A DNA stretch of 64,000 nucleotides from Tubulanus polymorphus (lineage: Eukaryota; Animalia; Nemertea): contig NC_134025.1 of the NCBI RefSeq assembly GCF_964204645.1, positions 23,416,299 to 23,480,298 on the forward strand, in the 5' to 3' direction. The position numbers and the translations under genes were made by a program. Below are positions 1 through 19,521 of this stretch, piece after piece. Positions within the stretch are counted from its first letter, which is position 1. Every line of letters starts with the position of its first letter. The notes beneath the pieces are model-generated. The model ran no database searches. It saw only the letters and a list, made by a program, of their open reading frames with translations, and was not told the DNA's origin.

Positions 1-3000
1 TAGCTTTTTTTCCGATTGCTGTGTGTAGCATACAGGGAATACTCTAAAAAAGAATGATTCTCAGTTACTCAAAATCTGTAAGATATCAATTTCGATTTGT
101 GACGTTGGTGTTTATCAAAGAAATGAAAAGTTTTGAAATTTCTTTAAAAAATCTTCCACGAGAGAATGAGAAGGGTCTTGCTACTCTATAAATGTTGTTT
201 GGTGTTAATGTAGGTTTTGTAGATGATGAAGGTAATGAAGAATGAAATTTCTATTAAGATTCTTCATACAAAAGCTAATAAGTTTTCATAACCAGTAGGC
301 CTACTTTTATTTGCGATAATTTTCGAAACTTTAATTACGTCAATTGAATAGGTTTCGGAACAGGTTATCTAACCAGTGATATTTGATAAATCTCGTGATG
401 CCCTGATCTCTCCGTGCCCGCTATGAATCTCTGCTGCTTTTTACTCACACAACTTTTTTACCGTGTGTGAGATGTTTAAACATATTCCCTCCATAGTTTA
501 CCACCTGAATAGTTTATTGTTTATTATTGAGATAAACGTTGATAATTCATGGTCTCAGGATAACGTTTTTCATTTTCTATCAAATCTAGTTTGCTTCGTG
601 TGTCGTAATGAATTTTTCATCATCATCACTATCACAGACAGATGGAGGCCTGGCCTATTGATTCTGGCTCATTTGTTGATTTATAGCGCTTTTGGTGAAA
701 GGGTTTCCATTGAAGCTCTCTCAGAATAGTATTAACTTCATTTTGTTAAGTTGAATTTCGTGAAAAAGCTGATCAGTCATATTTGAATTAAACATCCGTG
801 GCACAATTGATTTGATTACATTTACTAAGTTAAGGCCCTGTTTACGATTTTCCTTGCTTTGTTAGGGAAAGAGTAATTCAGTGTTACTATATGCAGTCGG
901 AAAAATGCATGTGGCCTAAGTAAACCTATCGACAACCTCTGTAAAGGTACCAGGATATAACCCACCAATATCATATGGCCAGGTGCACCATTCCACAGAT
1001 TTTCCTAAGAGTAGTTAATTTAGCAGGTCTGATAGCTATATTCGGATCTAAATCCTATTTAGCAGATATTTTTACCATTGTTAGCATGATACAAAACAAG
1101 ATTATAAGTATCATCTTATCAACCCTCATTTCCAGTGAGCTAAACATTTAAAATGATCATAAGTAGCTTTGTGTAACTGGAACCAGCTAAAATCCAATTA
1201 GAAATTTATTTTCATTCTAGTTAGACACAATTTATTTTGAAACCGATATACAATATACAGTAGGAAAAGATATATTTGTATATCATCATCAATATATACT
1301 GGTCTTGTAAATTCTATTGTAACTAACATACCTAGTCTCTTTAATACATTGACTCCTAGCTGATATTGCTATATATATATGTGTATATCGACCTTAAGAG
1401 TATCAAATGCGACTCTTGTAAATTACTTGTACCAGAAACGTCTTTTGAAATAGACGTGTCAGGATTGAGCCTCTTGAGATGTATAACCTCAAAATGTGGC
1501 ATTATTGAGATATAAAAATTATGGATCTGATCAAATCTCCTTCTATTCATTCATTAGCATAATGTTGCTGATCTCTCTAGTGATGGTTTTGTTTCTTTAT
1601 TGTTATATTTTGAAAACTGCTATTTTTCTATTTCTTTGTAGTGTTTTCTTGTATGTATTTATTTTGTTTGTTTGAAGCTGACATACATGTTATGTGTACT
1701 GCTACAGGTTATGTGAGATGATACTGAAGCGGTGTGGCTTGGTCAGTATTCTTATTAATTATGTACACCGTATTCATAATTTAATTACCGATTCAATGCT
1801 GTACATATATGAAGCCTAGGCCTGAATATAACAAACAGTAGCATATATGATCGAATATATTCATTCTCAGGAATATCTCGGCTAAGAGTCTGCACTAAAG
1901 ATCTTAGTCTGTAAGCAAACTGTCACTGCTTTCAGTGATAGCTTGGAAATGATATCCCCCGCTTATGTGTAACAGACATCGTTTTGTAGTTCGCAAACAA
2001 AAACCTTATTATATTTGGACATAGTCGATGATTGTTGCTTAGTTTGTAAGTGTAATACTGCTTCTAGATATTTATTTACTCTGATTATCCGAATAATGGT
2101 TATACCGGAATTGTACTTAGTGGAACTAGTTCACGGCGACAATGACATTTCTCTAATTCTTTTCCTTCTCAATTCAACTAATACGTCGTCTTTCTTGTGT
2201 GTCAATAGTTTTGTTAAGAATTAAAGTAGATTATTTCAATATGTAATTAACGTTAAGTCTCTTCAATAACCTCGATATTCAAGATAGATATTTGGTGTCT
2301 TCCATTCAAATGAATTCAGCCAGAAACCTGATGTATCCTATATGCTACATTTTCTTCAGCTGAATTCAAAACTATTGAAAAATATTGCGGTTTTTGGCAA
2401 GTCAGTATTAGCCTAAATACACAATATCAGTTAACGTGATCATCGTGACTTGTACTGGGGATCTGTGACTCCTGTAGATTTCGGTTGACAACAAACATCT
2501 GGGACCAGTGAACGGCATGATTCTCAATCATTTTTCATAAATTCAGGATCGAGAATAAAGTAACTTCATTTCAAACAATCGGGGCAGATTATTATAATTT
2601 GTTGTGTATGTTTTATTAAAAAGCAATCATATTTGTTATAATCATGATATTACGGTCAATTTTCATCCTAAAGCTGCTGGGTTTTGATACGGTTCATATT
2701 CAGTTATTTGATTGTGTTATGGAATGACGAATGAAGGGAAAAATATAGGACAATTTTTTATCCATCCATCCATTACAATATATAGATGTATAGCATGTAT
2801 TTAGCACTTAATATGCAATATTAAAAGCGTTTTTATGGTTTTTAGCAGTGCTTTTAATCATCAGGAGTCGTCCACAAAATTATATAATCATAGTAATAAT
2901 TATTAACTGCTGTTTCTGTGAACAATTTTAATTGTACATTGTATGTTATGATTCTAAATTGTACATTATAGTATTATATATAGAATACAGCTTTGTTTTT

Positions 3001-3020
3001 GGTTTATTTTTCTGTGTCAT
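1..3020 (+). other. Probable 3' UTR of an upstream plus-strand gene lying outside the window
   Basis: The region is U/UG-rich with no recognisable coding exons and converges on the FRMD8 3' end. This is a compositional inference only. Confidence 0.3.
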
Positions 3021-3142
3021 GCACGATGCCAGTTAGGGGATTGATCACAACATTAAGACTTGTCCCATATTCAATCCAAGCCGTTTTGTGTCCTTCCATT
3101 GACGTTAAATATGTCTATCACACTTTCAATTGGTTAACTGTC

Positions 3143-3450
3143 GGGGGCAGATCTGGGGCCAGACTTTGACAGGAGCACAAAGAAATGAAAAGGGCACATA
3201 TTCTGAAAAAGCACGAGTTAAGTATCCACGCAGCCAAAATAAGGGTCTGGAAATTTTTAAATTTCAGTGCATTTTCATACAATTTCTAGGCACTTGAGGG
3301 AGATAAGCTAAATCTTGCACTGCTGCACACTGCCTGTGATTCCGGTTGGAAAAAGTGCCCCGAAAAATATTGCCATGGTATTTTCAAAGGGGCACGGGAA
3401 AATTACGACGGGAGCACGTGCTCTTCTGGCTGTCTTTTCCAATTGCTTGG
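3143..3450. mobile_element. Degenerate MITE remnant related to copy B
   Basis: Starts GGGGGCAGATCTGGGG and has internal AAAGGGGCAC motifs. The right terminus was not found. Confidence 0.4.
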
Positions 3451-4770
3451 GTGGTTGAGGATGGAGAAAGCTGCAAGTTTAATATGATATGTAAATCTCG
3501 GCTAGATGATGCACCCATACAATACTTACAATACTTATGGTTACAAAAAACATAAATTTATTACAATGTATTGTAAAAAGAATTTCGAGTATATACATCA
3601 ATTTTGAAATTGACATCTATTTCACATACAACTTACAATACGAATACATTTGAAAATAATTAAGTATGAAAGATTTACATCAATAATTTGATTTTTGTTT
3701 CGAACAGTCATGAAACCTTTAAACGAAACTATTTTAGTTACCATTATCACAGCTTTCTGATTTATGTATAATTGCCGAAAGTCAATTTCTACATATAACT
3801 TATCATTAATTGGACAGTAACCCAATAATCAAATCTAGATGCATAAACCACAGACTTGAATATATTGATACAAAATACTCGAGTAATCTTACTCTCTACA
3901 AAAAAGGACACAAGATAAAGGCTTATCCAGTATCAAACTGTACCAAACATATCTCATTTGTCGTGATGAAACAGAATCATTCAAAATAGCTCAAGCATAA
4001 GATTTTAAGCTGTCACGATTAATAAATTGCACAGAAACTTGGCACATTGTTTTACTAAGTTCATCTCATTGTAATGAATATCCACAAACGTAGTCCAATG
4101 CGTCTGCTTTCGACTTCTGATCATGTTTGAATTATTTTCATATTCAGCTGAACTAACATCGATGAATACAATTGTGTCGTGTTGTGATTAATCAAGAAAT
4201 AACTTTCGCTGAAATGAAAAAGAAGAAATTCAGAAAAAGCGCTAATAAGTTGAGTTAATTGTAGATATACTTGAACGGACTGTATCCAATGGAATTGAAT
4301 GTAAATCTGACATACAACAGAATTCATTTGTTGACAAATAATTGGGAATAAAATTTGCCTTGAAAACTTCAAAAATTTGTAAAAAGTGTCAATTTCAGCA
4401 AACAACAATGGTCATCAGTCAGCCATCTTGATTTTGACTGGGCCAGTTTGTGAGCTAGGGTAGATGCATAAACCAAATATCAAGTGTCTTCAAAACTTCA
4501 ATAATCATTAGATCCTTTCTATGGATGGATAAATAAAAAGTGAACACGATAGCCCGTTGAGGGATAGCACCGGATTATACCACCACCACCACAAGTGCCC
4601 ATTCTTATTGAAATTGTTGTGCACGTCAAGCATATTCGATACATTTCACCTGATAGTAATATTCACGTATTGTCATCACACAAAACGTTTTGACCTGAAA
4701 GTTACTTGAAAAATGTTGACAAAAATTATTCAATCTCTAACCTTTTCGGACTCAATTCATCAGCGGGCCA

Positions 4771-7700
4771 TCAGATAGATATGATGCCACTAGGTGTCAC
4801 TGTAGATAACGCTAGCTTGTCCAGTTTATTAGACATGCATGAACTTGATGGTTTTAAAGTGCAGGATACAATTTCTGTAATATATAGAGTTTTTATACAC
4901 TGCATAAAGCACTTTCCGGTATATACAATACACGATGAAAACCACTAGAACTCGCTTTTAATGAACTTGAATTATCGGTACAATCAGTAGGCCAATGTAA
5001 TGTGTTATAATCTGATCATTGGAGAGCGAGTTATAACGGTTATTTCCGAAGATAGAAAGCAGGCGTATTGTTTCAGGTATACTGGTAATGACATTTCATG
5101 CTAGATAGATCAGTGCATATGGTGTAGAAAAAGAAAAGTCTCTGCTAAGATATCATATGGTCTGTTTTTCATGCTTGGCTATACACAGTAGACTCTGGAA
5201 TCACAATCATATGTGCCAGTGTTTGGGACTTATAGTCAGTAAAATATCGCCTTTAGAATTGTTCAAATATTGAATGATATTTTGGGTGAAAATAGATTTA
5301 CCCTAGTCTACTGTGATGTGTAAGTTACATACCCGGAGCTGCAGAACCATTTACATCATCAGTATTGCTGTCTGTCAATTGATTTACACAGGATTCAATC
5401 AAAGCATCCATCATTCGCGCCTAAAATAAGAACAAACATCCTGAGAAATAGCCATTTTCCTCTATTAGGTACAAACCAAAATGAAACCTTAATTGATTGA
5501 GTTAATGCTATGGGCATGTGATTGAGCTTGGCCTACCTGTCTTGAGAAAATCTGTAATAATCTAGTTGATTGTTTTTTGGGATCTTCCCGAAATTGCAGA
5601 AACAAACATGGGATACAGTTCCTATTGGTCTCATCCCCTGGAGGGGAAAATTCCCAACTGAGTTCTTTGTAAAGTAATCCAACCAGTATTGACTGAAAAG
5701 AGGAAAAATAATTCAGTTAAATTCTAGAGAATGTACAAACTTTAGCATACCAACAGTAATGAGTCCTGACATTGAGAAGTCCTCAGAAACCTCAGCCAAT
5801 ATTACTAGGGAATTATTTATGGTATAACTAATACCAAAAATGTATCAAGACTATGAAATGAAGGGATATTTTTCACCATCTGGAGAAAAAGTGGGCTATA
5901 TGAAATGAAGGGGTATCTTTCGCCATCTAGAGAAAAAGTGGGCTATTTCTCATAGTTAAGCCGTTATGATCTATATAGGAGAGATTTCACCGAGTCAAAC
6001 GATACCAAAATTGTATTTCTAAGTTGAAAAGTAAATCTGTCACAGAATCTCAAACATAGGGAAAATTAACTATTTTTCAAGTTATATATTTTTAGTCCAT
6101 ATGTATATGAATTTTTGGCAATAAGCAACAATACACAGTGAGATACATACAACATCAGCCGGATCAATGACATAGATACCATCTCTGTTTATACCAATTA
6201 GAACATCAATGTCAACACCATTCGTGAACGAAGCTAAAAATGCATTCATCGGTTTTTCCGTTTGTCCGTGGAAGAATGCACACCTAGAAATATAAAACAC
6301 AGAATAAGATTCAGTGGAAGCCTGCAGTGAGAATATCTATATTCAAGCAGTAACAGCACAAACATTCTTTAAGCTCACTTAAATACTACGCCGCTTACCC
6401 GTAATGCGGAAGAGTCCAACAAAATTCTAAATAATCCATCATGAGTTGATATTTAACAGGTTCCGTGAACTCATTGAATCTAGTCGAAACCTGTTGATGA
6501 TGATGAAGCAATGAAGTATGCGGCGATTGCTTCGAAGTGCATGATGACCAACCGCTTTTACTGAACACGTGCTCCGGATAACAGTCATCTACATTATCTC
6601 TATAAAATAGAAACATAACAATGAAAACTGCATGGAGTTCTCGACTAGACGGTTATTGCCTGTTATAACACGATTCACAAAATATATTTTGTGTTGAAAT
6701 CATAGACGCGAGTTGAAATTCGAATTTAAGGTAAATAAATAAATCTCGACTTAATAGTCAAATGTAACTAACAATTAGACAGTACAGTTGGGAATAATTA
6801 CTTGTAAAACTTCTCATCGTGCGTTTTTGCGTCGTATTTGCCGTGTTCAACAGTAATTTGTATGCCAGCTAAACGATGATAGTCTTCTGATTCGATCGGA
6901 TAACGACCATTCGCGACGTTATAAACCGCCTCGTAGTATAACAGTCTACGCAATAGTGGATGTCTCTCCTGTGAAAAAGAGAAGATAGATAGATAAAGTA
7001 CTGCGCAATAGATCACGGATGGAGTATCATTTTAGATTGGTTTGTCATTCGTGATAAAATGAAGTACTCCAATATCATAGCATATCAATTATTTATCTAA
7101 TTATATCGGTTAGACTGTTTTATTAGTCTCGCGAACATCACGAGCTGGTATAAGTCAGGAATTAAGTTAATGTTTGTTGAAATAATAAACCTAAGGCGTA
7201 AATATTAAGGCCAGAAACTGTTGAGACGACAGAAGAATTTCATACAGTTAGAGCAAACCCGGTTAACGAATACCTACCGTTCTTTCATACGATCGTGGAA
7301 CTGATACCCTTCGGCGTAGCGTTAAAACAGGCTCATCTGAAATGCGATAAATTATCTTCATTACATTCGAGCACGACATGAAGCGACATTACCTCGATCC
7401 CTTATTATCCTTCCAGCTGTTGAGAATTGAAATAAGACGAATCATTTCTATCTCTATGTTTTAGTTACAAATTTACCACTTATTTCGACTGATAAGATCA
7501 GTGCTAGCCTATAGGTGTATTGACACGAGCTGCGAGAAGATACCGGGTGAATTATATAACTAACATTCTAGAAGAACTCAGTGAAACTTTTACATTATTA
7601 CCGAGAAAAAAAAAAGACTTTTTAATAGGGCCTTTTTAAAAAGTTCATTAATTCAAATAAAGCTACTGATACTAAGAAAAATTTTCGATGCCTCGTAAGA

Positions 7701-7905
7701 GATGGGATAACTGACCTCGTTCTATTTCATCGTCATCGGCTGTAGAATATTTTTGAAGTAATTCATCCCATTGAATCGTAACGTGGAATGGCGAATGATG
7801 TGGCTTCAGCTGTAACTCTGTTTTAACAGAAAATCGTAACTGATAAAAATCGATGTCTTTTGTTGCTAAACTTGTACGCACTATTGGTGGGAATAAACTA
7901 AGTTG

Positions 7906-7997
<92 letters not shown>

Positions 7998-10387
7998 CAG
8001 TGTAAAACTACCTGTTTAACAATGAAGTATAATACCGGTATACCAGTAGTTTATTGAAAATTGCTTTGGAACTGTTCCTTAAAAGAAAAACCTCTTCCTT
8101 GCACACCTACCTAATAAAGGTGACACAAGCCATAGCGCGAATAAACAGTTCGTTTCTTCGGGGAGTCCGCTTTCTTCCTCGAGCATTTCGAGGATTTCAG
8201 CCGCAGTGGCGTTTCGACCATCTTCAACTGTTAACTGAACACCAGTGTTGTCCATCAAGTAGACACACATTTCCAACGCTGAAAAACCGAAACGAAATTG
8301 CATCTAGTCGTTAAGTTTCCAGATATTTCCTGAAAATTTGAATGGTATTTTCATCAAAAGCGTCGAGCCATTTGTAACTGCGGGCAACATAGTTATCTAA
8401 GACCGAACCGAAGTGAGTTTGTTGAAGCAGTAACATGAGAAAAAGACAGACTGAACCATACAAATAACTGTATATAGCAACATTTATATATTAGTATTGG
8501 AAATTGGAAAGGGTTTTTACACGTATTCATAAGATATACATAAATTCATCAATACAAATCTATAAGAAAATTTAACGGAAACAATGTTTTCTTTTGGGAA
8601 AGGGAAAATTTTCACATGCATACAGAACGATTACATACAGGTTGACATATAAACACAAATCACGTTGACAATGAACAAGTGACAATTTCAATCTGGATCT
8701 ATTTTCACAGATAAATTTCTAATTCAGTTTATGGTAAATTCCTTTAGGATTTTGTCTCTTGTGAAACAGGGCATTGAGGGATTCCAAAAATAGTGTACAG
8801 TAGCGTGCTCCATGATATCAAAGACTTGATTAGGATTTCGCCCATATTTTGACTGAAGAAATTTCTGATATTGTTTTAGACACCTCCGCCCCCCCCCCCG
8901 TAGTTATTGGTGTTACATCGAATAAAATGTTGATTGTTAGCTTAGCAAGCATTAGATCAAACAAATAGACGAATACAGAATACTTTAAAGGATAAAGCAA
9001 AAAGCTGCCTCATCGTTCACATAAGTCTGGTGAATGACTGTGGTTTGATTTTTCCAGATGAGAATAGTCAATTCTAAGAATCAATTTGAAGCGCGGTTTC
9101 AATGCATAAACATACAAGCGCTTAATATTCGCAGCATCGAAAAACAGGATTTCATCAAATTCAGAAAAATCGGTGATGGAAAACAGGGGCCGAGTAATGA
9201 ATGACAAAACAGCCGGCAACTAAAAGTACTAAATAACATTTCTTTGACACAGACAACGATCAGACTAACTTACGCTTTCCACCTAGGCCTGAGGTAGCGG
9301 TGTTGGGGATCTGGAAACTTTTATCTGCAGCCTTACTGGCGGCTTCAATGTCCACGGATAATTTGGGAGTGCGAGGAGAACTATTTGTTTCTGTAAATGC
9401 GGTCGGCGTATTAAAAACAAAAGACAAGAAACATTCCGACTTTTAGAACTTATCCGTAAATTGATATCGTTAATCGAAGTCGTCGATTCGTGTGCGAATA
9501 TGAAATGAAAACAAGACCTAATAAAAGCGTCATATTCTTCACTACGGAAAATTCACTACTTTTCATCTAAACAATCGTTTCTTTTTCAGAATCCAAGCTC
9601 TACATACTTAAGTAGGCTAAGACTGGACTTATGATGTTCTAGGCTATCAAAAACAAAAAGTCACTGCAGCCATCGTCAATTCATTTCGATGTTAAATGAA
9701 AAGTGAAGAGTTATTTCTAAGAATTTACAAGTTACGGCATTAGTAACATTTCAAGAAATACCCGTATAATATAGATTTTTAGAAATATTAGAGAAAAATC
9801 TTTTTTCTGATTTTCTTTGATAAAAGATTAAATTCAATGTTTTAAATCATACTCGTAAGCGCGATAGGCTTACCTGCATTGTCATGCTGCCTTGGTTTTG
9901 GAGGGCTGCTGGCATTGCCATCATCGTTATCATACTTCTGAAATAAGCAAACAAAGCAATATATAAAACGCACATAATAAAAATGATGCATCCTTACTTG
10001 GAAACCTCTCAAGTCATTTTATAAAGATTTTGTAACTTCTCATGAGACCATTTTTCATAAATTTTGAATTATTATTATTATAGTGTATGGCTAGTAGGTT
10101 AAATTAGTTAGTTCCTGGTTTGAAACTACAGAGGTCATCATTCAAGTAGAATACAAGTACCAGTACATGTCAATAAGCAAATATCGAATGAAAAATCACT
10201 GAGCAACTTTTACCTCGGTTTCCTCGTCGAAATTAGCAGACTCTAGTTCTAAAGACATGGTTTGTTTCGAACTATAAAAAGTACCATCGTCGGATTCATT
10301 GTCCGGATGACGATTAGTAACGTCACGACTGAGATAAACCTCCTCGGAATGCGGTTGCACTTTATTATTTATCCTATGCACGCTCAT
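4771..10387 (-). CDS. FRMD8: FERM domain-containing protein 8 (iTAP/Bili-like), ~510 aa. Exons 10387-10214, 9937-9874, 9390-9274, 8278-8111, 7817-7716, 7336-7278, 6968-6802, 6599-6399, 6283-6151, 5692-5537, 5420-5333, 4874-4771
   Basis: All introns are GT-AG with consistent phases (1533 nt in total). Motifs resembling FRMD8 are FALWLVSPLLELQLKPHH, LLYYEAVYNVANGRYP, CWTLPHYGCAFFHGQTEKP, IGINRDGIYVID, LLQIFSRQARMMDALIESCV and NKLDKLALST. The first three low-complexity exons are less certain. Confidence 0.88.
5184..5315. mobile_element. Small TIR-bounded element in a FRMD8 intron
   Basis: 11-bp perfect TIR CACAGTAGACT...AGTCTACTGTG. Confidence 0.45.
5852..5947. repeat. Two-copy tandem duplication of a ~47-bp unit
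   Basis: TATGAAATGAAGGG...CCATCT(G/A)GAGAAAAAGTGGGCTAT occurs twice in tandem. Confidence 0.85.
7908..7994. repeat. (AT)n microsatellite in a FRMD8 intron
   Basis: Perfect AT dinucleotide run of about 43 units. Confidence 0.98.
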
Positions 10388-13029
10388 ATCTAATACTATA
10401 TCACACGAACAGTACGCATAAATAAATAAAACTCGAATCTGAAATCGATTAAATTTAAAATCCTGCTGAAAATCTGAGGATATAGTTATCAACCAACCGT
10501 CGAGCGTTAAAATAAACAAAATTCGAATCCAATTCAGAAATGACTGAAAATCCGAGGATGTAGAAGTTAGTCGTTAAGAATATAGCTGTCAGGCCGACAT
10601 ACACAGTTCCACAAATTGCTGCTAGTTATATACGAATGAGTCGCAGGTCCAATACGATACATAGGCAACAGACGGTGTTTGCAATGACGATCAATTAGTA
10701 TATTGTTTCCTATCGCGCATAATGCATTGTCCATCAGACTGGCGAGGCGAACCAGAAGCGATTCAACATATAGCCTATATAATGCGTCCACTATCCCTAA
10801 CAAATCGAAAATCAATTTAAAGGAATGTTCTGGCCCTCCGATGATTAACCTGTGTTATCATATATATCGATGCAGTATTTACTTGTTATAAACATTACAG
10901 CCTTATGTTATATATGTGTCTATGACAGGCAATTTATATTCCGTATAGACAATCAGTTCGGCCAAAAAACCGGTTTTTATGCATTGCTATATCGGCGACA
11001 CTTCTCAAACAAATCAATTTAACCATGTTCACTATCGTTACTATGTCAGATCTGAACTTTCACAGCTGTCAATCGCGGGCTAAAACCAGTTCAATTAGCT
11101 ACTATTTATAGACATTTCAACGCGCTATTTCACTATTATCAAAGACTTTTAATTTTCAACATGTTTTAAAAAATCACAGATAGCATAAATTTCTACATCG
11201 AAAAATATAATTCTTCCAGTCAATTAATTCATTTTCAACAACGAAAAAGAAAAAATATAGGCCTAAATGCTAATGTCTAGGGCTAGCATCGCACTTGTGT
11301 CACGTTTGTAGTTTACACCAAATATCCTTTCCGATGCTAGAATAGTTCTAAAATAGATATATAATGGTCCCTAACCATTTGACATACCGGCAGGCCTACC
11401 GATTGACATAATGAGGTTGCTTAAGTAAAAAGTATGAAGTGGACATTTTGTGTATTTGGCATTATTCATGTAAAAGCCGCTTTGCTTTTAGGCCTAGCTC
11501 ATTTTGATTGGTTACCGATGTTGCTTGCACTTGCGCACTAAGATATCGGACTAAGAAAATACTGTAAAAAGCATCAAAAAGAAATTTAAGCGAAAATGTG
11601 GATACACCCATTCATTGTGTGCTAGTGCACCATCCTACCATTAGACCAATAATGCTTCCAACTGCCAGAACTCTTTAAGTTTTAACTTGCCTACTAGCCT
11701 AATAGATAGGCCCTATCCCTTCGGCAAACCCTAACCCTTCCCATAACCCCAATAACAAACCCTCTACTCAGGCTTCTATTCTAGGTTACTTCATTTTCTT
11801 GTAACACAAAATCATAAGGCCTATTGAAGATCGGATGGCAACCAGTCATGGAGAATAGGACAGTATCAGTGATACAGGGTTGAATTAGCCAGCAGAAGAC
11901 ATGGCTTAGGGGGGACTATTAATTTCCCTCACAGTGGCTAGGATAATAGATGTTCTTCCCAGAAACCTAGTCAATCCAGAGCCAAGCATTCTAATGAAAA
12001 AAGGGATGATCCAAATTGTCGAAAAAGATCTGATAGGCCTACAGGGTCTAGTGGAGTTAATCGGCCAAAATGGCAAGACTTAATCTAGTAGTAATGTTGC
12101 TGAGACGGTTCTTAAACTTAAATGCATTTTCGTCATCTCTTCTATCTTATCACATCTTGTATTACATACAATACTATTTGTTTACAATTTGAGCGGCACA
12201 GTGTTACCTCTGTATGAACGAATCTAAAAAGTTTATTTGAAAATTATGAATATTTCGGGTGGTTGCTACCACCCGAAATATTTCTAGTATTTAAATCAAC
12301 TTTGTGGGATTTTTAATCAATCGAGTCTTATCACGGATACCCATTGCGATTCTCAACTGATTCACAGTTTTATCTCTAAACATCATTTGTTGATAGTAGG
12401 GACACTCATCCTGGCAAATATTTTTCAGTGACAGAACAAATAAAAGAAAAGGTTATTGAAAAGACAGGGCCAGGGGATTGCATCATGACCAGTCTAGTCG
12501 AATGTGCAGAGAAATCAGGAGGGGATGGGTGGATGAGAACAGAGAAGAACGAAGGAGTGGATTGCATTGCCGGGCAATCGCAATGGCATCATTAATTCCC
12601 GGCATCAATCAATGATTTGGCCAGTTCACATTCTGCTTTATATTCTACCTGCTTGAGCAATGATATCGAGATATTTACCTCGAGTTCCATGACTTATTTC
12701 ATTCACAAATTTCATTAATCTTTCTTGCACAAGTATTGACTTGTCAGTTCTACACTACAGTGCTATGGCTGAACGCAGTTAAAACTTCATCGATTGAGTT
12801 CGAATCCCATATATTGATGAAAATAAATTTCAAATAAGATATCTACACGTCTCAAATAAATGTATGATAAATGTGAAAAGTGGTCTAGCATTTTATTCAA
12901 TCATTGTATTTTCAATAATCTGTTGACTTTGTAGAACGATTCGATAGATAATGCAATAAATTTGAAATTGAATTCACTACCAACCGTTGCCGTGCACGAT
13001 CTAACCTTAATCAGTCAGGAATATTTTCA

Positions 13030-13206
13030 TTTCCGGGTTACTGTCACTGCTCTCTGCGCACGGGAACGACGTTGATTAAGTAGCTAGTGGTAGGCCTAAT
13101 TTTCATAAAATTCATATTACTCGTCACGTTCAGTTTTTTGTCAAACGTTTAATTCGCCGCCGAGCACCCGAGTCAATGATTAGACGACGTCGCGAACAGA
13201 GTGAGT
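13030..13206 (+). promoter_or_regulatory. Probable TTBK promoter and non-coding first exon
   Basis: CpG-enriched patch with an ETS-like TTCCGG motif, ending at a strong donor GA|GTGAGT at 13201. The acceptor gtttttcag at 13629 precedes the ATG exon. The start boundary is approximate. Confidence 0.5.
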
Positions 13207-13648
13207 TTATTTGAATTTTTAAGCCTGTTTTTGCCCAGCCCACATTATTTTCCCTCCTTTCCACTTGTTGATCGATTGTTGACTACGGATACCAGTTTTC
13301 TAGTTTCCGTATATCCTGCGTGTGAGCGAGTAGTTCATCACTCTTATTAATATGGAAGAGCTTTCATTCAGTTCCAAGATAGAGAAAAATTCAATGTAGA
13401 CTTATCAGTCGGACTCTGCTGGCTCTCGCAGCTAGCAGTCATCAAAAATATTTTGGCATTAGATATTTAGTCCATATGAATTACTTTAAAATATCAACTA
13501 AACCAATTCATTTTGATCCAAATTGTCTCTCTGAAACGTCTTCAGGTAACACTTGATCATCCATCAATGATGACTCATCCAGATCTGCGTTGTCTGAATA
13601 ATTACCTTTCTGACTGTTTGGTTTTTCAGGTACTTCACAATGGGTTAG

Positions 13649-19521
<5,873 letters not shown>

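Noticed and set aside
11727-11762. Telomere-like CCCTAACCC
   Set aside because: It is a single degenerate unit, more likely part of a decayed repeat than an interstitial telomere.
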